Shown piece after piece: positions 52,529 to 64,000 of a stretch of DNA of 64,000 bases; the stretch's first letter is position 1, and every line of letters begins with the position of its first letter. The translations under genes were made by a program, and so were the position numbers. This stretch comes from Tubulanus polymorphus. Taxonomy: Eukaryota > Animalia > Nemertea. Below the pieces are notes generated by a model. The model was not told the origin of the DNA and searched no databases. It saw only the letters and a program-made list of their open reading frames with translations. Where the stretch lies: contig NC_134031.1 of the NCBI RefSeq assembly GCF_964204645.1, positions 13,193,807-13,257,806 of the forward strand, read 5' to 3'.

Positions 52529-55500
52529 TTAAGCCCTAGGTTTTGAAGTTGGTGTGACATTTTTTGTATGAAACATTTTACGCAAAAAGTAAACTTGGGT
52601 ACCAGACGTGCAAATTATAATAAGAATTTGGAATATGGACCAGTAATTAATGTAACGATTATTGTTATGAATTAGATACCAGTCTCGTATAACTTCTCGT
52701 CTACTTGCTGCCTGGAAACGTAATGTATCCGATATCGCCTTGGCTACTTTTGATATTGAATTCTTTAAAAGAAATTGAAGAGAAATTACATGTGACAACG
52801 GATAAATTCATTCCATCGAAAGAATTTAAATGCTCAACCAGGGGCGGATCCAATGGGGGGGGGGGGTGCAGGGGTGCGCAGCCTCCCAAAATCTCACGGG
52901 AAAATGAAAAATATTAGATACACAAAAAGTTCATAATGTTTGTATGTGCGTGTACACGTACCCCTCCCTGAATCAGACCACAGATCCGCCCGTGTCGATT
53001 CACATTTTTATAATCGGAATAATTCAAATCGGATTATTGTGAACTTACCGAGAAGTTACCTACGGTTAATTCTAGTTTGTTGATGTCGTCTGAATAAGCT
53101 TCCCAATCAGCCATGTGGTACGAAACTATGTATAAGTATACTAACTTAGATGAAAATCTACTGAAGGAATTATCAATACAAATTTCGTACGGCCCTGAAT
53201 AAAACAATGGATAACAAAGGCATTACTTAAGATACGTATACGTATACGTTATCTTTATAAAGATAAAAGTGTTATTTCAAATAGCGCTTATTCACTCGAA
53301 ACATTCACTTTGGCTAATACTGTAGCCAATGCTGCTTCACAGCTTCACGAATGAGTACATTTAGGTGGATGTTTGGAAAAATAGATTACCAGTGTCTACA
53401 ATATCCTTCTCTATCGAACCGTCACTTTTCCATAATTCTGACGCTAGTACCTCTCCATTCGGTTTATGGACCACTAAATCGATGTTTCTATCAGCTCCTC
53501 GTAACACCTAAAGCACCACAAAATGGAATATATATTTCAGGCGTCAGAGGCGCCCCATCCATCCATTCACATACAGACACGATTTTACGACGAGGTATCG
53601 AGTGTGAACGAAAACTTTGCTGATCGCGGAGAGGAGTAGAGCTATTATGTTCTATTTCTCTACATCTAGCCAATCAACATTTAGTAGTTTTAATTTTTGG
53701 TGTATTTCAACAATAACTTAAGAGAATAAATCTTGAAGTTGAGTGACTAAATTAGTTTTCATATGAGCGTGGATAAAGGCGGTCGTAGCTTATATACCAT
53801 ATGACACCCAGCGTGATATCCATGGCAGGGGCAGATTAGGGGAACCCAGAAGGCCCGGCCCCCTTTTGACAAAAAAATTCCACAGCCTGGCTTATAAGTC
53901 ACTTAAAAAGTGGCAAATTATTGGCAAAAGGTATCTTTTACAATCATTTTTGGTGTTTGGTCCTATCAGTTCCTGTATCCAATCCTGCAGTGTATATTTG
54001 ATTTTCTTTTTAGCAATTCTCTTTTTTTTGACGCCTTATAAAACGTTACCATTATGAAACCTAAACAATGTTAACCATTCAGCGTCATTTTACAAACGAC
54101 AACCGTAGATCGATGTGCAAAACGTCACAGGTTTATGTGTACACATACAAGCTCTTTGGCAAAATATTATTGATAAAGATATAGAATGGCTCCCTGTGAT
54201 TATATAATGACCTCTATTTGAACGTCGAAATGTTATATTGCGTTGAATATTTTGAGAAGACGTATTGTTATAGTAAAGGAAGTATGATTATATCAGGAGC
54301 GGCAGGCATGAATAGAAATGATAAGTAAATCGGATTATTCGGTTAAATGGCGGATGTATACACGATTTGGAAGTCTGATATAAAAGTCAGACCCTGACAT
54401 GGGGATGCTAGTGGAATGACGAAGCTATCTACGATCTGTGTAGGGCCGGTGTGAATTTCATCGGCGGCTGCTACAAGCGGTCTATTCAAAAACGTGTAAA
54501 CATATAATTTCAATATTCAAATGTTCTAGAAAATATGTTCGATATTAGGGGTATGCAGGTTTCATGAGATTAGCAATTTATAATAGCATAGCTGTCATAT
54601 ACGGCTCCGCGTCCACTGATGGCATGTGTATAAGGATATCAATTCAATTCAATACTTTATTGATCCTTATTACATTGAAATTCCGGGATAATATTCCCAA
54701 ATTCAATAAAGTTACAAATTTCAAAATAAGAAAATACAAAATACAAGTCACACGGGTAATTCATACAGAATAACATGAATAAGTTATTTAAATGACAATG
54801 TCTACTTCCACCCAGATTCGAGTCTAGGATATCGAGTGACAGCCAAACCGGGCCCCGGGACCAGGCCGGCTGGCTACACGATATGCTCAAAGTCATGATG
54901 AGACACCAGAAGAGCTCTTTCTTCAACCATGGAGGCAATGACGTTGCAGACCAGCTTAGAGGCAAAAGTGAATCGAAGTCGGTCACAAGTTGACAATTTT
55001 TTTTAAATTAGACCAGTCGAAGACTGTATCATCTACCCAATCGCCAAATCTCATAATTCCCCAAATTTCTTAAAACTTCGATTTCAATTTTGCAATTCCA
55101 CATTAGCTTATCCCTGAAATTCTACATTTTTTCGCAGGCGTCAAATAATTTATTAAAGTTAATTTTCTTGTTGATAAGTGTGGAGCTGTATACCGCTTAG
55201 TAATTTGCGCGTGAACTTAGCACGGTCTAAGATTAAATAACGGAAGTAATCTTCGCAGAATTGGTTCAGATATTTACTGATTTGACGAAGTATGGTTCAA
55301 AATCATTTGTTAGCATCAGGTTAACACTGAGGCTGGGCCGTTTTGGAAGATGAAACCATATTGATACACCTTCCAAGGGCGGATCCAGGATTCGAAGGGG
55401 TGGACCTGAACATTTAAGAAGGGCATGCAACGCGAGGGATGCAAACATGTAATCTTGGTGGCCCACCCACGGACAATTTCGTATAAAAGGGGACTTTTCT

Positions 55501-56061
55501 GTTCTGGGCCCATTTTTTATTTATTTTTCGGATTTGTATACAAATTTGCAGACTTTTTCGGACCTCCTTAAATCCGCCCTTGCGTACAGCGCCCTTGCGT
55601 AATCATTGGACGATGCGTATCTTAATGCAACTTATAAAAATGAGATGATTACGAATTGTTATTCCAGTCGCCCATCTCCAGTGATGCGCGGTGTGATTTG
55701 AGTGATCGGTATATGGCCGGATCTGGTCGCCAAGCCGTGGTTCGAACCCATTCAGTAAGCTGCATGCCACGTTGGATTGTGTGGAAAACATTAATTAGTT
55801 TCGCCTGAATAGATTACGTATAGATGTCAATGAAGCCTCGGTGTACTCAAACGAAATCATGAAAGTAAACGCATGTGTTGCGCAGATGTCAACATTTGCA
55901 GCTATTCACATAGTACATTTAGCATAAAACCAATAAATATATTGTAAAGATTTGATAACAAATACATGTATTCTATTTGCATGGTTTGATATCGTTATCT
56001 ATAACTGAATTTTTAAGCGTACATTGTTATTTGTATGGAAATGTATGCAAATCTCTCATCA

Positions 56062-56097
<36 letters not shown>

Positions 56098-56428
56098 TGT
56101 ATGTATGTATGTATGTATGTATGTATGTATGTATGTATGTATGTATGTATGTATGTATGTATGTATGTATGTATGTATGTATGTATGTATGTATGTATGT
56201 ATGTATGTATGTATGTATGTATGTATGTATGTATGTATGTATGTATGTATGTATGTATGTATGTATGTATGTATGTATGTATGTATGTATGTATGTATGT
56301 ATGTATGTATGTATGTATGTATGTATGTATGTATGTATGTATGTATGTATGTATGTATGTATGTATGTATGTATGTATGTATGTATGTATGTATGTATGT
56401 ATGTATGTATATAGATAAATATATATAG

Positions 56429-56517
<89 letters not shown>

Positions 56518-56530
56518 CTTATATATATAT

Positions 56531-56598
<68 letters not shown>

Positions 56599-57335
56599 CT
56601 ATATATTTTTTCGACGTCTTAAATTATTTTCCACAAGAAAACCATCTGCCGTCAAGTGTATCACCACAGATTTGAAGATATCCCGTCATGCATACATCAC
56701 AGATATGCCCATGATTCACATCTGGAACTTACCAGTCCTGGTCTATTCAACGCGATTTATAATCGATTTTAATATGCTGTGGAACATCGATGATAAATCA
56801 CTTCTAACACTGCTATTCATTGACTATTTTTCAATGATTCATTCAATAAATCTATCCATGGGGCGATTATATGGGAGGTGTAAATTTCATTCAATTTAGT
56901 TCTATTCCTAGAGCGAGGAATATGAAATGAATGGTTCTTCGTCTAATGATACATAAGGACCTTATGATCGTTTTTGAGATGTACCATAAAACAAAGGTCC
57001 TAAAATAAACACTGCTACCTCCAATATTTTCATACAACCTATATATGTGCGTATTATTGATAATATTATATAAAATGTACGTATGTACACTCTCGTAAAC
57101 TACTCACTTCAAATGAAACATGAAGCTCAGCTCCGGACTTCATATTTTGAAAGAAACATTCGCGCCCTCCGGCGCCAACGTTCATCTTAAACTCATATGT
57201 CGCTCCTGGCAGTCCTTCGAAATCAAAATCGTCGTCCATCGCCGAATTTTCATTGTCACCAATTATTTCTGGTAAACAATATTTAGTCCACACAATGAGG
57301 ATAAGCATGAACACAGCCACAATGTAAAACTCCAT
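52529..57335 (-). CDS. p24/TMED GOLD-domain cargo receptor, gamma subfamily (TMED6-like), 241 aa
   Basis: Exons 57335-57108, 53507-53390, 53194-53049, 52762-52529 total 726 nt in frame. Signal peptide; GOLD cysteines (RECFFQ; [19 protein letters not shown]); coiled-coil/RD motif; TM helix ([20 protein letters not shown]); short tail ending KPRA, resembling the vertebrate TMED6 tail as I recall it (KPRC). Confidence 0.9.
52839..52994. mobile_element. Short CAGGGGCGGATCC MITE in TMED intron 3; relatives at ~55374-55582 and 58253-59082
   Basis: Imperfect TIRs CAGGGGCGGATC...GATCCGCCCGTG; the same terminal motif occurs at the other loci. Confidence 0.6.
54636..54990 (-). mobile_element. LINE 3' end fragment with (TTGAA)n tail
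   Basis: GC-rich coding-like end, AT-rich 3' UTR, AATAAA, then ATTGAATTGAATTG on the minus strand; same tail type as 41385-41405. Confidence 0.55.
56068..56596. repeat. Compound microsatellite: about 85 x (TATG) followed by interrupted (TA)n
   Basis: Read directly; lies in TMED intron 1. Confidence 0.97.
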
Positions 57336-58252
57336 GATGACGATTAATAGTATTGTGTCTACAGGCAAACGAACCGGTCCCAGCCACGTACGTATAATAA
57401 TAATAATACATCAGCTATGTCATATTATCAGGATTTAATCAATATCACTCAAGAGTTTCACATTCATACCACCAGATGACGATAGTGCCACAGGATTTAT
57501 AGTTCTGTTTGTTGGGATAGAATCTGATGAACGGAACAACAAAATGACAAAAACACAACATGTCTAATAACCAGTACAAGCGATTTTATTCTACAAACAA
57601 TTGCTTTAAACGCATACAGATTAGGGCCCACATGGAGTTTTAGAATGTAGGTAAAAATGTCCCGGGAAATAACGTCACATAAGGTAGAAAAAATGTAACA
57701 GTCTATCATTACTAATATCGTAAATTTCACATCAAAATAACACCAGAGAACAAAATTTGATAATTGTGTAAATTGCACTTACCACAAAAAAAGAATTCAC
57801 CGAGTGACCATGAGAATCATAGCCCTAGAATTTGGCATTCATTAATTTTGGCTATTGAGAACATGTGGACTCATTACATGTTACGTCAAATTTAAGGAGA
57901 TTGAATGAGCAGTTTCTAAATTACATACCATTAATGGAGAAAATTATGAAAGTTATAGAGTAAATGCACAGATACTTGAATTAATACGTCAAATTTGTCA
58001 TCAAATGTTAAAATTGTTATCAAAATGTATCACCAAGTTTGTTCTCTGGCGTTAATATGATGTGAAATCAGGGACATTTTTACCGTATACCGAAGTTTTA
58101 CGCATGGTGAAGAGATTTGCTTAACCTTTCTTAAAACATTTGATACATTGCAAAAAGGCATTCATATATTTACAAAGATTACTTCAGATAATCTTTTTTA
58201 GTCTAATTCATTATTTGCACTTCAATTTACTAAGAGTGGGCCTAAGATATTG

Positions 58253-59082
58253 CAGGGGCGGATCCAGGGTCATCGTCTGGGGGTGAGCACGAATGGAATT
58301 ATGATATCCATTGACAAATCTTCACCAAATACCGCGAGCGCCGTATCCGTGAAGCCATGAAAGGGGGGTTTGGGGGCCCTCCCCCAGGAAAATTTGGAAT
58401 GTTTGAAGCATTTTCCAAGTCGTATGCCAACTTTTTAAACTGTCTGCAAGTCGATATCCGAGCATTTTATGACACTTAATACCACTATTGAAGCCGGAAG
58501 AAAAAATAAATATATTCTCCCAACAAAGCTCAATACATATACACAGTAGGCCCCATTGTTTTATGGCGAATTGTCCACTACGTATATTTTTCAAAACATT
58601 GCAGTTGAAAAGAGTGAGACTGCTTCTGACATCGTTATTTGAAATTTGTAAGCTTTAATGGGTTCGAAATTTTCAGAAAAATAACTAACAGTTTTCATTG
58701 TCCCCAAATTGATGAGGTTCGCAGATAATCCAATCGGATGATAACTCACATATTCGATTATTTTGTGGTGATCATCTTGTGAAGATCGTGCGCCAAATGC
58801 AAACTGTATCTGACATTTTATAAGATATTATACATGTATTAACAAATCCGTGTAAACTAATACTTCTTGTACTAAAACTGTCGGGGTCGAAAGGTTACAC
58901 AATTGGTAGGTATCAAGTATTTTCATGTGTGCAATGCATACGCTAATGCATAAACAACCCGGGGCTCTTCGATACACTCTAGTCTTCTCATTTTTTAAAC
59001 ATTTCGAGTGGAAAAGTTGATCCAGATTTTTCATCTGTGACTTTTAGGGGGTGAGCACCAGCACCGCGAGGATCCGCCACTG
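58253..59082. mobile_element. ~830-bp MITE with CAGGGGCGGATCC / GGATCCGCCACTG termini
   Basis: TIRs, GGGGGTGAGCAC near both ends, near-TSD TATTG/TATCG. Confidence 0.65.
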
Positions 59083-59689
59083 TATCGGTATTAGGTCCCA
59101 ACCTAAGACCTCAAAAAGGAACGTGGCGGCTTGATACAAGGAATACCCTACCTTTTCTTTTAGCTTCCACCTGCAAAAGTGTTCCTACCGAAGACCCTGA
59201 TTTATCACATCAATATATTGAAAAAGAATATAATGAATGTCGTATCATTTTCGTGAATTCTGCCATGCAAGTGAGGGTATTAAGATAACTCTTTGGAGTT
59301 AATGTTTGGCTTAATACACAAAAGCAACAATTATTCCCATTGGTAATAATGTAAATGATAATGTATACAACTATGGCTTTGGTTTTTTCACTTCTGGTTC
59401 TGAAGGGTCGGGTTCATCAGTTTTATGCTTCTGTGCATTCTTCAGCCAAGAGGTCATCAAAGTATTTTTTACTGGCTTTTTTCTGAAAAATGAAGATATT
59501 AAGTGGGATTTTAAACAAAATTGAAATTAAGAAATAAATGACTTTTCTAACTACAAACAGGATTTTCTTTATCGGCAGAGACGAATACATATTCAACCTG
59601 GATCTGTTTAACAGGGCCGTACCTAGCATTTGCAATTCAGGAGGGGGGGGGGGCAGAGAACCTGAAAAGGGCAATTGAATAGGATAGTT

Positions 59690-59898
59690 CTATAAGCTCT
59701 CCCAGACTGTGGAATAACCTTCTTGCGGACATACCAGACTCCATGTCTTTGTCTTGTGATTCATTCAAGCAGACACTCAAAACAGTTCTATTCCGTGCCA
59801 ACTACACATAGTTTCTAGAGAAGCACATTTGAACTTTTATAAGGAGCTTTGCACTATGTATAAGAGTACTTTATTATAATTCACAATTACAATTACAT
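59690..59898 (+). mobile_element. L2-clade LINE 3' end fragment
   Basis: SPRLWNNL...FKQTLKTVLF ORF2 terminus, short 3' UTR and (ATTACA)n tail. Confidence 0.7.
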
Positions 59899-62800
59899 AA
59901 TATTTGGAATAGGCCTGCAATGGCCCTTAATTCCAGAGCAAAAAACGTAATTTCCTGATATGCTATAGCTGACACAACCCGTCAGCTCCGTCTATTGTAG
60001 TAATGTGAGGTCCTTAAAACTAAAAAAAAAACAAAATTTACCAAATTTGAAAATTTCAGACTAATTGTTAGTATTGAGGGGTTGTATATATTTAAAAACT
60101 GATGGATGGCGTATGAAGTAAGATTTGATATACTGCTTTCTGATATCGTCAAAACGGGGACATTTAATTGCTAAATGGTACTTGTCTTCCAAGTCGTTGT
60201 GGTCACAAAACCTCCATTTCTGTCATCTCTCTCAAGTGGTGGCCTTTGCCATATTCTAGTTTCAACTAATAAATCATGGCTACACATTCTGATTCTTGCA
60301 ATTGCTTAATTAGCCCGCCAATTTTGTGTATACTGACCTCGAGTGTATTAATAGAACTCTTTGCAGTTAATGTTTAGCTTAATACACAAAAGCAACAATT
60401 ATTTCCAAATGATAATTTATACAACTATGGCTTTAAGTGGTAATTCATCATAATTTTGATATCCCAATAATATTTGGAAAAGGGGCACCTTTCCAAATTG
60501 CACCCCTGCTAAATACGGGCCTGTTGAACCTACGTTTCTTTACGCTTTGAGTCTAAGAGAACTCTTACTCGTAAAACGCTTACTCCATTTGAATCGACAA
60601 ATCAGATGAACATTTTCAGAAGGGCATGTGTATGCCATATTCTGTAGCACATCAGGGTCGTTTCCAGAGTGGCTAAGTGGCATGCCCCCCCCCCCTGTTT
60701 TTTTCCTCAAGCATCATTTTTACATGGTAATGAATCACAAGTACATGATAGAACAGTTCTTGATAATGTCACTGGGAAAACCCTTCTAGAGGGATTTCCA
60801 AGTGATGCCCTTCCTAAGGGCTTTCCCTGTTATGTCATGAAACAAGGGTCAAGCATCGATTAGAATGGTGAAAAATTCATTGAAATTTTGCACATTTTTT
60901 CCCAGCACTTCCAAGTGGCTTAGAGCTGATGGACGAAACTTGCTACATCAATTCCAACACATATTTCCCTCCTAATTACAAAATATCAGTTGTTTATATC
61001 CACTGGTTACAATTTGTGCCACCAAGAGCTACCAGAAAGTTCGCTTCTAGAGGGTCTATTTTAAGGCGCTTGAATTATTCTTGCATCCTCCCCTAGCATT
61101 GATTCGAACCTGATGGCATCGCTAGACTCAGCCAAGGTTTGAAACACTGCCACACTAGACTGGGTGCAAAGGTACATGGGCACTTTGCCGCATGAAAAGT
61201 TGCGGCACCAATTGGATTGCTCGTTGTATAAGGGGTCGCGCATATTGTGGTTCAACTCCTGAACAGGTTAAAATAGTGCCAACTCGAAATAAATTGCCCA
61301 TGGGCAAAGTGTGGTTTACCTTGAAAGCTAGAGCTTTTTCGGAATAAGGGCATTGCTTGAAAAATCTTTTTAATTCGTGGCTTCAAAGTTCCACAAGTTT
61401 ATAATGTATTTTATCTTTCTTAAAGAATTATTTTGTAGTCAAAATAAGACCAAAGATGTACATTTGGTTACGGTCCACGTCCAAAAGTTTGTAGGGTATA
61501 GGTAGGCGCGGCAGGGAAACTATTTTATATTTTCAAAAAAATATGTTTCACAATTTTCAGGATGAGTCGGTAGGTAAGTAGAAATTTTTTTGCAAAATTT
61601 TTGGGCAAAAAAAACAAATTTATCACCTTTTTAACATGGAAACAATTTCGCAAAAATCATCTACGTTGTGCACGGGAAATTTGTGTAATAGCGTAGATTT
61701 CGAGAATTATTCTAAAATTATAACTTCGTCCAGAGCGTCATCTCTGTGATAAAAATGAAATATTACATTGAATAATATAGCTGCCAAGCAGCGATGATGG
61801 GTTTTCTGCAAAGCCATTCAGAATGATGGGAATTGTAGTAAATTGAAATATCGATACATAGAATAAAATGCATTGACAGATTCGAACCTAATATGCTGTG
61901 TAAATGTAAAATATGATTCAGCTTTGAAACCGAACATACGCGGACGTACAATCACAAATATTAATTTATTTGACCAGGCATTTATTTTGGCATTCAAACA
62001 TCTTGATACTGTATTATCACCATGCTTAAAAATGGATCTGTCCTATTAAGAACTCATCTTAAGCACCTGCTGAGTCGATAGATTGAGTGAATTTACAGAT
62101 AAGAATGTACTATGATTTAGAATAGATTTAAGAAGTTAATGTTTTTATTGAAATATTTGAATAAATACATATATTGTAGTGTAGATTCAATAAATTATGA
62201 ATTGATCTGGTCTGGGTTTCCGGCTGATGTTGATTTTGGCTTTTATGGATTACAAATTCTATAGTGATAAACAATTGATACCTGCAACATGTGTGTAAAT
62301 CAAACCTATTCCACTAGTTGCGTGTGTTTCCTAATAAATGGGAGAGTCACTCTTGATCCGAGTTATTAGAAAAATAATGTTCATTTAGTTATAGACATTC
62401 ATTGCCTTTTTGGAAATTCTGTAATAATATTTGTTCTGTCCTAATTTTTATTACTGTATGAACCAATGATATGCTTTGTAAATATGATGTAATAAAATAA
62501 ATTTGAATTTGAATTAAATTTGAACATGAGAATCAAGCATAACTTGTGTTTTTTCAACTTGTCTTTTGTTAACAGTTCCAGAGTTTCAATTACAATCAAA
62601 TCCAAATTGGCTAAAAAGTACATAGGACTAAATGAAATGAACCGTTAGTTACTGCAAACCTATTCCAGTGTTATGTCGATCGTGTTGAATCACTTTCCCT
62701 GAGTTGAAAGAATCAGATCTTCTATGGTGCAACATCGGTCCAAGAGAGATTTTTTGGTGTTGACTGTCCTTGACCATCTAACTTTATGCGTTTGACATTG

Positions 62801-63410
62801 GAATCAGCATCATACCCATTTGAACTGCAAAATATTCACACAACATGAAAACCTACAGTACATGTATACAGTAATGAAACTTTCACCGATGTTGGATATT
62901 TGAATGAACGTTGGGCTTATTTCAGTATTCTAAAGCAGGAAATAATAAGCCCAATAAATAGGCCCTATTCCAATTGGAACAATTGTATAATGCGTACAGC
63001 AGCACTTATCAGTCAAGTATGGAGAAATCGGTATACCAAACCTACGAACAGCAAAATGTACAGGCCTACAATGATTTCTGGTATACAAGCCGTGACCACA
63101 TGAACGTTTTGGTTTGACTATTAATGTCAGCAGGTCAGAGAAGGCCTGGCCAAATTTAATCACATGGCTCAAATCAATTAGCCTTTCTGCGTGTGAATAC
63201 TTCACTGTATTGTTTTAAAAATAGGCCTATCGAGTGAATTAGTACAAAGACTGAATTAGACTTTAGGCTAGTCCTGACCAAATCCTATCCATGTTATAAT
63301 TGCACCAGTTATAGTAACATCACTGTAGGGCCGACGAGAGGGAAAAAGTTGTGTTTGTAGTACTTAGGCATGGTAGGCTTGTCGTACTCACTTAATACTT
63401 AAAATGCTGT

Positions 63411-63755
63411 TGTTACCTGTACGTGACTGTACGGTGATTTCTACAGGTTAGCCGTATGTGAGTACGTTGACGCTCAGACTTGCAATATTGGGATTCGAAA
63501 CCAAACGAAAAAAAAACCAGTTGTAGTACAGTGATTTACCCATGGTGCCACAGAACGTAACTGCAGGGTGGATGAAATTTGATTTACAAATAGCCTAGCC
63601 TCACCTAACCCAAACTCTATTCTTTCACGAATGCGCGTTTGCAGATTATAGGAACTCACATACGGCGTTTTTAGGGAACTCACGTACGGCGTTTTTTAGG
63701 GAACTCACGTACGGTTAAACTGTGGATATCACCGTACAGTCACGTACGCATAACA
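63411..63755. repeat. Inverted-repeat (MITE-like) element
   Basis: GTACGTGACTGTACGGTGAT (near 63419) is mirrored by ATCACCGTACAGTCACGTAC (near 63728); internal tandem AGGGAACTCACGTACGGCGTTTTT. Confidence 0.55.
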
Positions 63756-64000
63756 ACTTCGTACTTAAAAAATGGTATTGGCTACTATATAATAGGCCTA
63801 TAGACAAATAAATACCGGTAGGCTTTCTTAGCTTACACACTTCACAACCGAACCAACTGACCAACCAGTATATTTATTCCCAGTACGCACCAACCGGCAC
63901 AGGCCTAACACTGTTTGTCAACTGTGTGTACCGTAGTAGGCTATCGATAATCACCTGATACTTTTCTGTCGTTTGTTTTCTCTCTGAGACGAACGTAATT

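Noticed and set aside
55640-55800. tRNA gene or SINE suggested by a GGTTCGAACC B-box (similar at ~29700 and ~61100)
   Set aside because: No cloverleaf and no clear A-box spacing; at most decayed SINE remnants.
55977-56544. Four long ORFs (MYVC/YIHT repeats); likewise the IY-repeat ORF 49456-49674
   Set aside because: They are translations of (TATG)n and (TA)n microsatellites.

Overview
AT-rich (about 35% GC by eye), intron-containing, repeat-dense animal DNA, most likely a marine invertebrate (taxon is inference). Three spliced host genes can be read from the sequence. (1) A minus-strand gene running off the left edge, encoding a P/Q/Y-rich N-terminus of uncertain identity (loosely eIF4G-like) behind a uORF-rich leader. 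(2) A complete plus-strand PQ-loop lysosomal amino-acid transporter (PQLC2/SLC66A1-like; 7 coding exons, 330 aa) with a U12-type last intron, apparently head-to-head with gene 1 at about 17.2 kb. (3) A complete minus-strand p24/GOLD gene (TMED6-like; 4 exons, 241 aa). The rest is mostly transposon-derived: Helentron-type HINE elements with internal 150-bp arrays, TIR elements with 5-bp TSDs, a decayed FLYWCH-MULE, CR1/RTE-X/L2 LINE pieces, and a Penelope element that is split, partly inverted and nested five levels deep (35-48 kb). The most notable signals are a 283-bp TSD-flanked palindrome carrying a minimal Penelope-type hammerhead ribozyme on each strand just downstream of the PQLC2 stop, and a strong excess of TA-N2-4-TA motifs, some demonstrably micro-insertions, that look like transposon excision scars. 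All calls were made by eye; no database search was run.
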